The position numbers and the translations under genes were made by a program. Shown here in pieces: positions 11,701 through 24,717 of a stretch of DNA of 64,000 nt. Source of the stretch: Pelomyxa schiedti (lineage: Eukaryota; Protista; Evosea); contig JAHLWZ010000511.1 in assembly GCA_020536535.1 (NCBI GenBank), positions 1 through 64,000 of the forward strand, read 5' to 3'. How positions within the stretch are numbered: the first letter of the stretch is position 1; the number at the start of each line of letters is the position of its first letter. The notes under the pieces were generated by a model, which made no database searches, had not been told where the DNA came from, and worked only from the letters and a program-made list of their open reading frames with translations.

Positions 11701-14700
11701 ACGCAAATGAGATACTCATGCTTGTGAACAGGTTCAAATTTGGAAATAAGTTCGTCATTTGAAAGTGCCTACATCAAATGAGAACTGTATTTGAAGAGAA
11801 AAAGAAAGGTACAGAAAGGATCAGAGGGAAGTAGATCGTGGCTATCAGTTTTTGTTGCCCACTTGAGCTATACCGAGGATCAGTCAGATGTTTTTTAAAG
11901 AGTGCTTTCAAAGTTTTCAGAGCCTACAGATGCATTTAAGAAAGTGTTCATAAACAAATGCAAAAATAAAATACTTGATCTCTTATTGAAGATGACTTGG
12001 AAAGGCAGGACTGAACTTCATTCAAAATCAAACCTGCAATGGGATGCCGGTTCCTAAGGAAATATGTGAGCCGAGAAAAATTAAGTTGTTGAGGCAGAAC
12101 CAAAATACTGTCTCCAGACCCTCAGGCAAATTGACAAAATCAGAGTCATACGAAACGGGCATATTTAGGGGCAAATAGTGCTCATAGTCAGCAACACCCC
12201 TCAAAATTGTCATCTTGAATAATTTTATAACAGAGGCGTCATTGTTTGACGGATCGATTCCCGCAACACATCGAATTAGCTATGAATGGTAAGGAATGGC
12301 GTTCAAAAAGTGGGTGCACGTACGGCATCGATCAGCAAACCTCTGTCAATGAGAGGGAACATCTTGTTGATGAACACAGGTATACTCTGGATGTTCTGAA
12401 GTACATTGGTACCAACAACAGAGCCTGTGGTGAACTGAAGAAGAAAGTTCTGCACAACTTGGACAATCAGTTCACAGACATTTTTACTGAAATCACTTGG
12501 GAATCGCGCCGCGTGATTATCGGTGCCTGGATTGATTTAGTCATCCTGTTAATCTAAAGTGCAATATACAAAGTTTGTTATTTGCAGATGCCCAGACCGC
12601 TGCACTTTTTGCAATCATTTCAAAAAGAAACCACGTAAGATCGCTTGTATCACATTCAACAGGAGCTTCATCAGGAGCTTCAAAGCTTCCACTCCGACGT
12701 GAACGTTTCTCTTCGAGTTTTGGAGAAGATTTCAAAGCACCAAGCCAGCTTTGGGTAAGAGTCTCGTGATGGGGATGAATTATTGGTGGTCTCATCGGGT
12801 TGAAGACAAATTTAACATAATGATCGAGGAGCTCAGTTTCGGACTTGGGGTGAACTTGCTTGGTGATTCTGTATTGTTTTGGGTTGTTGAGATAGGCAGG
12901 ATATGAAAATAGAAATACGCACTTGGGGAGAAAAACCATAAGTGCTCTGAAGGCTACCTGTCTACTAGCTTCATTCCAGGTACTCATTATGTTGAGAATA
13001 GTCGACATTAAGAAAGGGAAAAGCATGATGCAGGCTTCTGGTGGCACCTATTTATCAGGTTACGAAAAAGAATTTCCATATCTCGAGGAGGTACGTTGGC
13101 AATGATTTTCGCATAGTCCTGTGATAAGAGAAGGTAAGGTGCCAGAGTTTTATGAGAATACACATACCAATTGTGTGGGAAGTGAAAAAATAAATGATAT
13201 TGGAGGTTTTGAGCTCAAGGAGGCAGGCGAAGGAGAGCTGGGAGGAACCATTGTTGTGGGATTCATTATTGATGAAATAGTGGGGCTGCTCCCGGATGGA
13301 GATGAGCTCGGGGAAGTTGAGAGTGAATGGGATTGGTTTGTGGATGAAAGCTGTGGTCTTGCGGAAATCTTATCTTTTAACGGGGCAGAGTTGGGGTGCC
13401 ACACTCCTCTTATGAGACGCGCAAGTTTTTCATTAGATGTATGAATACTACTGATAACTTCTGTATGCACAGAAAAGAAATTTTTCAACTTCGTATCTGA
13501 AGATATGTCTAAGGTATCTTCTGTCTGAGAGAATGTGGTTAGTTTAAAGTTGAAAATCTAGCACATCACACCGTACTAACAAGTTCCACCAATGATTTGG
13601 CGATAGGAAGTTTGTGTCTTCCGTTTTTCAGAATTGTATTCCTAGAAGGTGTTGATTTTTTTTACGGTAAAATGGCACGATTACTTCTCTTCTTTGAACA
13701 GTGGAAGTCGGGAATACCCAAGAATTGTCTTGTTTGCGTGCATTAATATCTTCAAATCAAGTAATAAATACCTTTATCTTGGGATTTGGAGTGACATTAT
13801 AAAATGTGAAGAGCAGTGTGTGATGAGATAGATGAGCAGGTAAACTTATCTGCATGAGGGTGTCATGGTACGAGCTGAGGAAAAATTGGAGTGAACCTTA
13901 ATTTCATCACTGAATTCAGGAACTTTTTCATTCGTGATTACAGATGAAAAAGCTGTTTGTCGCAGGTCAAGCTGGGAGGGCTTGGAGAAGTCGTAACAAG
14001 TTCCATACATGACCTGATTTTACAATTATACTCAGATGAAGACTGCCGGTGCAACCTTGAAAGGAACTATGTTTTTTTTCTCTAGTTCTCTTCCATCAAC
14101 TAACTGGACTCCAATCTAGAAGACGATATGCTTTGAATGAAATCACATGATGATTTACCTGAGTGTTGTGATGCACAGAAGCTTTTAGGAGCACAGTCTC
14201 CGGATACACATATAGGTTATTAATATAATCAAAGTGTGGGGGTTCACTATGCTGTCCCTCTTTTTCTTTGTGTGTAAAATGTTGTAGTTTTTTCAGATGG
14301 GGCTATGGTAAATGTTAGATTCGAAAATGAAAAGGCAGTACTTTGTGTGAAGAAGGTGCACTCGGTACAGAAAACGAGGGGTCCAGTATGACAGCCGCAA
14401 TAGTTTCTGTCGGAGGTGCTACATTCACCCAGACCTCCATATCAGCAGAAATAGGACGAACCTGTGTATCAAGTCAATTCACGATTAAGATTGAGAGGAA
14501 TGAAACCTTTTTCAGTGATTCCGGTTCCTCCAACCAGCCACAGATGGATTCGAGAGAGTTACTCCCATGCAGTGGATAAAACTCATTTATGCTATTTCCA
14601 CGATTAACAACTTCCAAGGGGCTGGGGATGCTACAGTAATTTCCTGTTTGTTGCCTGCTTTATGAGCTTTTGATTTTGAGATGCTTCAACACTAATGATC

Positions 14701-17700
14701 TCAGCAGGGTATACAGCAAAGAAGCCCCACATAAGGGGCTGCAGAGGAAGCGGGGGAGTATGGTCAGCTGGAATGAGGATAGAGTATTCCTTTAACTCTT
14801 GTTGAGCTTGTCTCGCATATTGTGCCATCTACACTACAGTTCAACGGTAACTCACAAAGGAAAGACTAACCAGTTTGGTCTTGGTGTATGCTTGGAGGTC
14901 CTTTTCAATATCACCATGGAACACTCGGAATATTTTAATTACAACATATAAGTTCTGGGAGGGATGCTCCAAAGTTACAAGTGCCTTGTGCTTTGTCAAT
15001 TCACAACGAAATAGCAATTGGCAAACCTCTCGTATCGAAGGGCTTTTGAAGTCATCAAATGCAACACTATAAGTTGAAAAAGGAGATGAAGGAGGTTCAG
15101 TGGGCACAGAAGAACTATGTGCAATTTTTGCCGCAGATGCTGGAGGTGGCGGTGGAGGTGGTGCTGGGGGAATGGTGGGGGTAAGATGAAAGTGAAAGTC
15201 CTCTGACACCTTCCTCAATTGCGTTTTCTCTTGAGATAAATCAACAACTGACATGGTTCCGCATAGTGGCTCCACAATCTCGCCTCCAACATGAAGATCA
15301 CCAACATGGATGAGGAGAGTGACTCTAGGTGGAGGTGAGACAAACAAAAAGAAAAGGTATCCTCACCGTTTAGAGGACAATGTCAGCTCAGGCACAGCAC
15401 ATGGTGGAGCTTGTGGAATGAGTTCATGTATTTTAGCAGATGCAAAAAATAAGTGTGGGTCCTCTTTCAAAGGCTGGAAACTATTTTGAATAGCCTGGTG
15501 TTCCTTTCTTTAGTGTCTTTTGAATTGAAAATTGGGGGAGACACACTCCATAGTGACTGTATCTGTAATCTACAAAAACCCGATCGTTTGAATATTCGTC
15601 AATGAAAGCCCCTACAATTGGACTTGTGTCAGTGGTATCGCTCTGGAGGTATCAATTAGCCATAAAGAGAGTTAGAATGACGATATACTCTCAGTCTTGT
15701 GATCCTTGGGAATCGTATTACATTGATGTCATCTGAAGGAAAAACAAAACATGGATCCAGGGAACGCTTTTCGTGGAGGTAAATCATCTCATACTTGTCC
15801 CAGATTCCATATGACTGACTTTCCTCCGTCATCTGGAAACTGTCAGATTTGACAAACAGGAAGCGGACCAACCAGTTGGTCATGCCCTTTGGCGGCACTG
15901 CTCTCAACAGATACTTTTGGAGCTGAAGAGGTTTTCCTTTTTTTAACTGTTCCAAACTTGCCACTTGACCTCTTTTCTACTGAATTGTTAACATCTTCCA
16001 AAAGAATTTGGGAATTGAAGTACGTTTTTCAAGTTCTTTTGTAACGTCAGCAAGTGCATCTACCTCGCTTTGAGGGGGAAGAATTGGAGGTAGACCACTT
16101 AGATACTCTGGATCAAGTGAAGAGGACATGGAGGCAATGTCGACAAATTCTTCACATGCAACTCGGGAAGCCAGAGTTTGACATCCTTTATGCACATCTA
16201 GCTTACAATCTAACAAACTTGTTATAAAAAGGATCCAACAGAAGTCCATACTTGTGCAACGAAGGCCTTGCTTTGTGAGACCCCACATTTCAGTGTTACA
16301 TATACAACATTTTGAAAGCCATTGGTACGTATGGGGTACAAAATCGTGATGATCGTGGTGTTTTGCAGGGGTTGAGGGAGCAATAAAAGTGGTGGGGGTA
16401 ATGCGACTGATTGCCATGGGTTCTTGAAGTTGCTTGTGCATGAGAAACTGCATGTTATCACCAACAAAAAGATTCTCAAGCCTGGTTGTCTTGGTAGAAG
16501 TTTGTGAAAGTGGAAGTGGAATATTTTTAGACCCTGAGTCTAATTGGGTTGGACTGTCAACAGGTGGTGGAATTATAATGGAATCGAGAGGTGGTGGAGG
16601 AGGAATATCCAGAAGCAGATCGTCGTCACAACTTGGAGGAGGTATCTCAGAAAGAGAGGGAGGAGTAAACAGACTCATTAATTTCGCGACACCTCCTTGT
16701 GTTGCAGGTGAGGATTTTGGGGGTGGCCCTATGGAGTCCATGAAAGGTGGTGGTGTGCATGACTTGATAGGAATCCTATCAGGCGTCTGCGGACCGAGAA
16801 GAGCTGACGAGGAGAAGAAACCTTTTGTTGACGATAACCGCGCAATACCATCATTAGGCTGCCTAGCGGAGCAAATAGTAGGAGTAGAAGATCTGCTGCT
16901 GTCAGTGCCACTCTCACCGCCAGTGGAGTAGTCGGAAGAGGTTGGGGTTGTTATAGTGGGGCTTGGTGAAGAGATATTCTTTGGAATATTAATAACAAAG
17001 GGATTTGTCTCCAGTGGAGCAGGTGTTGAATTCGCGGAATTGCTGCAGGACCTTCGGCGACCTGAAGAGGCTCTCTTGAGGCCCCCATCAGGTCCCTCAT
17101 TTGTCTCGGAGTGTTGCTTGTGGTGTGAAGAGTGTGTGTGAGGAGTAGTCATGTGCCCCCCCTTTGAATGGGGGTGACCCGGTGTAGTATGCTTGCTACT
17201 GCCGCTCTCTGCCTTGTCATCACCAGCAGATAGAAGCATAGCTCTCAGTGAAGGTGCAGAAGTTTCCATGGTAGCTATTGCAGTAGCCAAACTACCAAGA
17301 ACCGCGGAATGTGAGTTGTGACTGCGGTGCTTCATCCTCGCAGGAGCCCCAAAAGACCCAGGAGGAGTCCCTGTGCTTGTGGCACTATGAATACTACCAT
17401 TAGTACTAGAGCTACCACCAGTAATACCACTGGAAGCACTGGCACTAGATATCTCCGAAATCGCAGTTGCACCGCCCCTTACGTCATCGCCTCCTCCCGT
17501 CATCCCACAATTACCATTCGCAGCCGTCGAGTCCGCAGAACCGTCGTCGCGCCCGTGGTGGGGGTCGTTAGCGTAAGGGTCGTCGTCGTCGGCGTCGCCC
17601 GCGCCGCCGCCGCCGCTGCTGCCGTGGGACTTTGGGGTGGGCGTGGGCGTCGCGTAGGGGTCGTCGTCGCTGGGGTGTGCGGCCGCCGCGGCCCCGCCGA

Positions 17701-18112
17701 TGGCCCCGAGGCGGAACCCGGGCCGCGCCGCGGGGCTGGGCCTGGGCGCCGGCATGGACGGGTGCAGCGGCGGCGTCCGCGTGCCCCCCGTGGGCAGCCC
17801 CAGCACCACCCCCGAGGTGCTGAGCCCCCCGCCCGTCGCGGTGGTCGTTGTCGTGGTAGTGGTAGTGGTTGTTGTAGTTGTGGGGCCGCCGGGCAGCGAG
17901 GGGGAGGAGGAGGAGTGGAGGGAGGGCGAGCCCGGGGCGGAGACGCTGGAGTGGGGGTTGTGGCCGTGGACCAGCTGGGCGTGGGGGGTGCCGGGCTCGC
18001 TGTCGTAGTCGTCGTCGCGCCGCGGGGTGCTGGTGGCGCTCGAGGGCTGGCTGCTCGTGGTGTAGTCGTCGGTGTCTCGTCGGTGCTGGTGGAGGAGCGG
18101 CGTCGTAGTCAT
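8761..18112 (-). CDS. DOCK-family (DOCK-C/D, zizimin-like) Rho GEF with low-complexity N-terminus, C1 zinc finger, DHR-1 (C2) and DHR-2 domains; many introns
   Basis: C1: HDFVPHTYQWLSKCCICNTEMWGLTKQGLRC..CKLDVHKGC. DHR-1: YINNLYVYPETV and FSDEIKV. DHR-2: GRFYRIGFYG...GKEFIYK, YYQVAFVDPYF, TELPFPFVKNRL and VNEGPLKICETFL. ATG at 18112. Confidence 0.9.
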
Positions 18113-18381
18113 TTTTGTGTGTCGCGTGAAACGACGCCACAGATCGCGCGGGGAAACGAAGTTGCAAAGAAACGAAAAAATAAAACAATGAAAGCCGGGA
18201 CGTTGCCGATGTTTGGTGCAACAAAGGGACCGAATGTGGTTCCACGAATGGGAGATCAATCAAAAAGAAAGGGTGTTGTGTGTATGTAAAGTGTGTTGTA
18301 CAAGGGAAGTAAAGGAACAAGGGAGAAAAAGGAGTTTCTTGTTGGTCCAAAAAAAACATGTTGGTGGGTGCCTCCTATTCT

Positions 18382-18803
18382 TTATCGGAGTCTGCGGGCC
18401 TCACGCTCTGACTCCAGGAGTACAAGAATATCTCCCTCTCTGACTGGGCCCTTTGTTGTGGTTAATGTGGGAAAAGTGTATAGTTAAAGGAAGATTAATT
18501 ATTCCGGAGGAAGGTGAATAGAAGACCGGATAAAATAAAGAGTATGTAATCGTAAATTGGTTATAGTGTTAAAAAGTAAAGTACATCCAAGGTTAATTAA
18601 TATTTAAGCATAAAAACTGTTTATAAAGGAACGCCTACCTTGACATTTCTGACTAGCATACGGTCGGAATCGAGGAATTGAACTCTGACTTGGGTGACAG
18701 CACCTCGTGAGCCAGTGCGTGACAGAACCTTCTTAACGACTCCCAATTTAACTGGTGTTACGCCCTCCTGGGTGGGGGCTGAGACTGGTGCAGCTGTTGC
18801 CAT
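18382..18803 (-). CDS. RPS28: 40S ribosomal protein S28 (eS28), two coding exons
   Basis: [33 protein letters not shown] splices to [22 protein letters not shown]. Confidence 0.97.
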
Positions 18804-19262
18804 TGATTAACTGCCACAATTTAGTGCTCAATGCTCAACCAGCGGTGCCAGAAAAACAAAAAAACGAAGCAAACAAACAAAAAAAAAACCACCTCACACA
18901 AGCAAGTTGTTCGACACAACACCACGAAAAGAAAAAATAAACGCGTCTTTTAAACAGCAGTACTCGCATAACAACAGTGCGGACATACGTACAATAAACG
19001 AGGGTGTGGGAGCGACGACGCAAGGGCGCGTGGCGAGAGACGAGATCTCCTTAGTGTTGATTTAATTTTATGCTTCCTTCCAATCAAAAATGACGCAGGG
19101 TTGTTTCGACCGCAGTTGCTTCCAGGAAATTAGAAAGTCTAAGTCTAACCCAACGCCCAACCGGTTGACAAAGGACATTTGCCTGTGTTAGTTTCGATTG
19201 GCTAATCCTAATTAAACACTGATGGCCTTACCGTTTAACATTTGTTGTTCTATGCAATAACG

Positions 19263-19746
19263 ATGGAGTACATCCTTTACGTGCGCAACGGGTGTGTCGC
19301 CATTAGAATCCTTTATCTACCACCCGTATTGTGCTTGTTACTACTTTTTAGTTTGTGTTTTAACTTTGTCTATACTGTAACTAAGTTGCTGGCAGGTGCC
19401 CATACTGTGATAAGGTGTGTGAGTTTATTGATTGCATGCCACAGTGCACGCGTGTTGTTGTCAAGGATGTGTGTCGTGACCCTGCTGCTGAGCGTGACCT
19501 CCTCGAGCTCACTCATGGATCCAAGCAGGTTGTAGAACAACAATATTAACAATGGTTAACTAAAAAGTACCATAACCTAAGAAAGAGTACTATCAAGTAA
19601 CTGGATGCCTGAAACTGGATTGTATTTTGCAGGTTCCTTGCCTGAAACTGGGTGACAACTTCCTGCACGAGTCTCTAGACATAATCGAGTTCCTCAAGAA
19701 GCAATTCTGCTGTGGAGGAGATGGTCCTGTTGTTGGTGTATCTTGA
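19263..19746 (+). CDS. Dithiol glutaredoxin-like protein (CPYC), 91 aa, three exons
   Basis: Exons 19263-19291, 19396-19528 and 19633-19746 give MEYILYVRNGCPYCDKVCEFID...GSKQVPCLKLGDNFLHESLDIIEFLKKQF. Absent from the ORF track. Confidence 0.85.
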
Positions 19747-19902
19747 CATCAATCAACGCTACACAGAACCAGATCATTCGCTCCAAGTGAGAGTATGTTT
19801 ATGATGAAAAAAAACAAAAGTTTTCGATGAACCTGCGTTTTTTCAAAGCCTCTTCAACAGTCAAGAAAAAACAAATCCCATACACAACCCCACAAGCCGC
19901 GG

Positions 19903-21474
19903 ATGAGTGACGAGGACTACGAAAGCGACGAGTGTTACGACCACAGCGACCGCGACGACTACAGCGACGACGACGACGGCGAGCCGCGTTCGCCGAGACC
20001 AAAAGTGAGCCGATCGGCCGCAGATTCGGCTCCGCCGCCGCCGCCCCCACCGCCGCCGCTTTACCGTCCCACAATCGTGCCCCTGCCGCAGGGAATGTCC
20101 TGCACCACGCGCGCGTGTCACCTGCGCGACCAGTTCCTGGCCCTGTTGATGTCCACGCACCCTCGCTGCGGCGGTTCCGAGACCTGCCTTCTCAGGCAGT
20201 TGTTGATGGCTGCGTCGCCGTGCCTCCCGTCCCACAATTCTGCTTTGGCCTGCCGCACAAGCTGCACCACAACCAGCAACACCAGCCCCAGTCACAGTAG
20301 TGTTCTGTGGAGCGCCCTGAGGGTCCTCTGGGGCTGGCTCGTCGACTTCCCATCATTGTTCTTCTGCCTCAAGTTCGGGACCAGGACATTTCCTCCGCAC
20401 AACACCTTGGTCACCTTTGCAGTTTCGCCCCTCGCCGGCTCGATCACCCGCGACGCCAGCTGCTGGGACGACGACAGGCCCAGCTCGACCCTGGTCTCGG
20501 TCAACACCCACACCGCCGTGTCCCTGTTCACATCGCCGAGGGGCTGGGGCAGCGACACCTCCAGCATCGCAACGGGCGACAGGCTGGGATTATGGGAGGA
20601 GCCCACCCCCGCCGTCCAGGTGGCGGCCACCGGCAAGTGGTTCGTGGCGGCCCACGGAAGGGTCTCGCACATGTCGATCACCCCCACTTATGGGCCCGGC
20701 GCCGGGGCCCGGTGCCTCGTCGACGTGCCCGAGGCCATGCCCAAGGCCTATCTCGGGTGCACCAACGTGTCACTGTTCTTCAATCACGCTGTGCCTGATG
20801 AGGCCGTTCTTATGTTGGTAGGCGATGGATCAAGGCGCAGGAACCGGCCGTATCTGGCTAGTATCAGGGTGATTGACGTGTCAAGGACCTGGGCAACAAG
20901 GAGGTTCTGCGAGGTCAGTTCGACCACTTCCAAGTTCGGTGCTGCTGCCTGCGAGATTCTATCCGGGGTGGTGCTAAGGAAGCTGAGCGGGGACCACGTT
21001 TTCGCCGCTATCGTTGATAGATACCAGGCTGGCAAGTCTGTTGTTGTGATTGAAGAAGGAACCGGCATACAGACCACCGTGGGTGCTGGAAACGAGGACG
21101 GTGGCCCCTCCATTGTGGACACCCTCTGTCAGCTCAGCGGTAGCCTGTTCTGTGTTGCGAAGCACAAACCCATCACAGCAACGCCTGGCTCTCCTGGTTC
21201 CCTTTTTCTCGTTCCCCTCATGGTAATGTATGCAGGGCCCACATGGTACGAGATATGGGACTGCAACAGCCTGGACTTGAGCAGGCCGCTGAGGACCGTG
21301 CAATGCACAGTGGGTTGGACCAGCATGTTTGCTGAGGGTGGATTGGTTTGCACTGTGACAGGGGGCGCATTTCTCTGCATGCAGGTCACTGACCCATTCT
21401 CGGGGATTGTTGTTTTCGAGTTCAAGTATCCTACCAACCTCGTGGCACAGAGTGTATTTTCTCTTCTGGTTTGA
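19903..21474 (+). CDS. Intronless lineage-specific hypothetical protein (RDQFLAL...HPRCG family)
   Basis: 523-aa GC-rich ORF. Its N-terminal motif resembles, from memory, an expanded Pelomyxa-type family. Confidence 0.7.
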   Translation: MSDEDYESDECYDHSDRDDYSDDDDGEPRSPRPKVSRSAADSAPPPPPPPPPLYRPTIVPLPQGMSCTTRACHLRDQFLALLMSTHPRCGGSETCLLRQLLMAASPCLPSHNSALACRTSCTTTSNTSPSHSSVLWSALRVLWGWLVDFPSLFFCLKFGTRTFPPHNTLVTFAVSPLAGSITRDASCWDDDRPSSTLVSVNTHTAVSLFTSPRGWGSDTSSIATGDRLGLWEEPTPAVQVAATGKWFVAAHGRVSHMSITPTYGPGAGARCLVDVPEAMPKAYLGCTNVSLFFNHAVPDEAVLMLVGDGSRRRNRPYLASIRVIDVSRTWATRRFCEVSSTTSKFGAAACEILSGVVLRKLSGDHVFAAIVDRYQAGKSVVVIEEGTGIQTTVGAGNEDGGPSIVDTLCQLSGSLFCVAKHKPITATPGSPGSLFLVPLMVMYAGPTWYEIWDCNSLDLSRPLRTVQCTVGWTSMFAEGGLVCTVTGGAFLCMQVTDPFSGIVVFEFKYPTNLVAQSVFSLLV

Positions 21475-21741
21475 GCTCCAAAAAAAACAAGAGTCCCTTT
21501 GCAACTGTTTTCAAGTTACAGTGGTTTGCGAAAGTCGTGAAAAAATTCCGAAACAATTTTTGCATCTGGAAAATTGTGTGTGGTGGAGGTGGTGTGTTGG
21601 TCACGTGGAAGTCGTAGGCAACTGGCCAAACAAGGAAAGCTTCGATGCCTTCCACTATTTTTTGCGTTCCCCCCTTTCCAACACACCACCCAAAAAAAAA
21701 TACAACAAAAATCAAAAAAAACAAAAAAATCGTGAGAGGAG

Positions 21742-23080
21742 ATGAGCTGCTACCCCAGGGTAAATAGTGACTGTGCGATTGCAAACAGGGACTTGAATGG
21801 ACTGGGCATCACACTACCACCACCACCTCCACTTCTTACACAGCAACAAGTATCACGGCCAGCACAACAGTGGCAAATGCCGGCACCACACTCACAACAG
21901 CTACAACCACAACCACAACAACTGTGCCACCAGACCTGGGTCATTGCGTGCTATGGCTGTGGGCATCCTACAGAGTTGCGGGTAAAGAAAGAATCCTCCA
22001 GAGGAAAAGGAAAAGGAAAAGACCAGACTCAGGTGAGAATATGTTGAATGAATATTCTTTACTTGTTCTTGCTAACAATTGGCAGAACCGGCAAACTGGA
22101 AGCGTCTATGATAGGTTGATGTGCAAGTGTAGGTGCCGAGGACTCTTTCCAGATCCTTGTGGAGGTAAGTAGCACTGTATTCAATTATGTTGTTCGGCTG
22201 CTTACTTTCAGCTTGCGATGACTGCCGTCGATTAATTAATGCTGGGGACTTGTGTGGCTGTGGGTGTGGTGGCTGCGATCCTGCTGATGATGGAACATGC
22301 CAAGGATGCTCACGACAACACTGCACAGTGTGCCAGTACGTAATAACTGTTGCTTATATTTTTGTCCTTCACATTGTACAGGTTCTGTTCATGTAAATGC
22401 GCAGCCTACCCTGAGGCTACTGAAAAAGAATGGCCTGCCTCAAAGGCAGCCGAATTAAATAGAAGTCTTCAGTTCAAGCTCTCAAAGCAAGGGGCCAAGC
22501 AGGATCTAGCCGGCCTCAGTGAAAACCCAGAACTACATAATGCTTTGGCTGAGTGTGTGGCAAGCAACCCTTTGGCCATGTCTGCACTTACTGAGAGTGT
22601 ACAGATGAATCTAAGTAAATCTTTTTAATAATTCCTTTTCACTCAACCACTACAGGAGGAAGATCAGGTCAATGTGGGCAATCAACTGCTGATTTTGTCA
22701 GTTCTCTTCCAAAACGAGTGCCACCAGCTGTACCTGTGACAGACAAAAACCCGGCTAAACGATTATGTACTGACCAAGCACCTCCGGACCCAATAAAAAC
22801 AACCAAAGGTACCTTCTCATTTACTCTACCCACACCTCACGCTATGGTAGTTCTAATCCAAAAACTGAGAAAAATTGCTGGTGCTGAAAATGCTGTGCTA
22901 TTTCATGCCATGTTTTCTGTGGTTCATGATTACCAGAGGTTTATTGACCAGTACGACGATGCTGAAGTTGAAGAAGCACTCAAGCGGGACTACCCAAAGG
23001 CTGTAAAATTAATACAAGAACAACTGAGACAAGAACTACTTCTCGATAGTGGCACAGCACCCTCACCACAAAGTTCCTAA
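21742..23080 (+). CDS. Cys-rich passenger protein of the Tc1-like element, multi-exon
   Basis: Starts MSCYP inside the left TIR. Contains CYGC, CKCRC, CDDC, CGCGCGGC and CQGCSRQHC clusters, then a helical C-terminus ending at TAA 23080. Confidence 0.65.
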
Positions 23081-23115
23081 ACTAAAAAAAAAAAAATTTT
23101 TTTTTATTTTTTGTT

Positions 23116-24380
23116 TTATAATGGGTTTGTGTATGGCGTGTATGGAAGACCAGGAACATAGTAGTGGCAAGCAGACGCAAATTTCTGTACCAGTGGCCCA
23201 TCAATTGCAAAAGCAGCCTTGTAAATATGTTGTGCAAGATTCTGTTCCGTTATTTGACCAGGTGACTCGCGGAGGCGCCTCTTGACTTCGGCAAAGCAAA
23301 GCTCAATCCAGGCTAGATCAGGTGAGGCTACTGGCCTAAAAAGGGTTGAGGCCTAATAAAAAAGAAAAGACATACCGCGGTACCAGAAGGTGACCTTCCT
23401 GTGAAACTAACGCAAAGATGGAAGGGTTAAGGTGTGCCTTGTGATTATCCATCAATAAAATGCGTTTTTGGCCACGTATTTGCGGGAGTAATACTACAGC
23501 AAGCCAAACATAGAATAGTGATGTGTTGAGTGTTCCTGGAAACACGAAACAACCCAAAGACCCAACATTAACATCGGCACCCATTATTAAAGTGAGGTGT
23601 TTTGATTGTGGTGGCTAAGTTATTATTAGTGCAAGTTTAAGAGAATTGCAAAGAGGGATGGTGAAACATACATGATGGGTGCGAACAGGTTGACCAGGCA
23701 AGGAGTGCCCTCTGCGTCTTGCTGTATCCAACAGGGTGCACCCCATTTCATCTAGATCGAGCAATACCTCAACTGGTACACAAAAAATACTAGGGTAATA
23801 TTAGAATACAGAGTTAGGAAATGGACACAAACCCATGAGGACTCTCAGTAAGAGTATTGGTAAACCAGGCCCGTCGTTGTGCCTATCAGGGCATTAGTAG
23901 GACAAATGTATCCAGCAGCAACGAACCTCATTTCTCTCTCCAATAATTTTTCGGGTAGTAAAACGAAGGCGGAAGCCAAGTTTCTTTATTGCACGGCTGA
24001 TTTGCCAAAGCCTACAAACCCCAATATTTAAGAGATACTACTGAAGAAAGAGGGATATACTTGCAGAATTCGTGTGTTGCCGCCAGCACAACTGTCTGGA
24101 GCTCTTTTAATGTCGCTACTGGGTACAAGAGTAAGGTCCAGGCAATCATATAACACGCCAAAAAACTCACAGAAAAAGGCCTCCCAGTTCGTTTTCGTAC
24201 TTCTAATTGAGGTCCTAGTACGTGGTTTTTGCATGCACAGTGGTTGAATTGCTCCACACCTTGCTGCCGGTACCGGCGTACTGTGCTCTCACTCACTCCC
24301 TCAATGCGGGCTACAACACCAACTGATTCGTTCTGATGGCTCAATACCCGTCGGCGTTTGGCAAGGGGGTAGCAGCTCAT
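23116..24380 (-). CDS. Tc1/IS630-like DD34E transposase with introns
   Basis: HTH-like VARIEGVSESTVRRY, then RKRTGRP, IDLDEMG (D1), LLMDNHKAH (D2) and SPDLAWIE (E, with 34 residues between D2 and E). Confidence 0.9.
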
Positions 24381-24717
24381 CTCCTCTCACGATTTTTTTG
24401 TTTTTTTTGATTTTTGTTGTATTTTTTTTTGGGTGGTGTGTTGGAAAGGGGGGAACGCAAAAAATAGTGGAAGGCATCGAAGCTTTCCTTGTTTGGCCAG
24501 TTGCCTACGACTTCCACGTTACCAACACACCACCTCCACCACACACAATTTTCCAGATGCAAAAATTGTTTCGGAATTTTTTCACGACTTTCGCAAACCA
24601 CTGTACAAGGGGATAGGGAATTTTTTTACAGATTTCACAAAAACTGTGATTGTCGGCTCCCTCTTTTTTCTACAAAATCGAATTGTTTTGTCATGTACCA
24701 GGCACAAAAAAATGGGT

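Larger units (their letters stand above)
21519..24603. mobile_element. Tc1/mariner-superfamily (DD34E) DNA transposon, 3085 bp, with 238-bp TIRs, TA target duplication and two convergent genes
   Basis: TA|CAGTGGTTTGCG at the left end and CGCAAACCACTG|TA at the right end. TIRs at 21519-21756 and 24366-24603 differ at about one position. Confidence 0.95.

Noticed and set aside
17318-18359. Long alternative-frame and antisense ORFs (323 aa, 263 aa)
   Set aside because: These are shadows of the GC-rich, low-complexity DOCK first exon.
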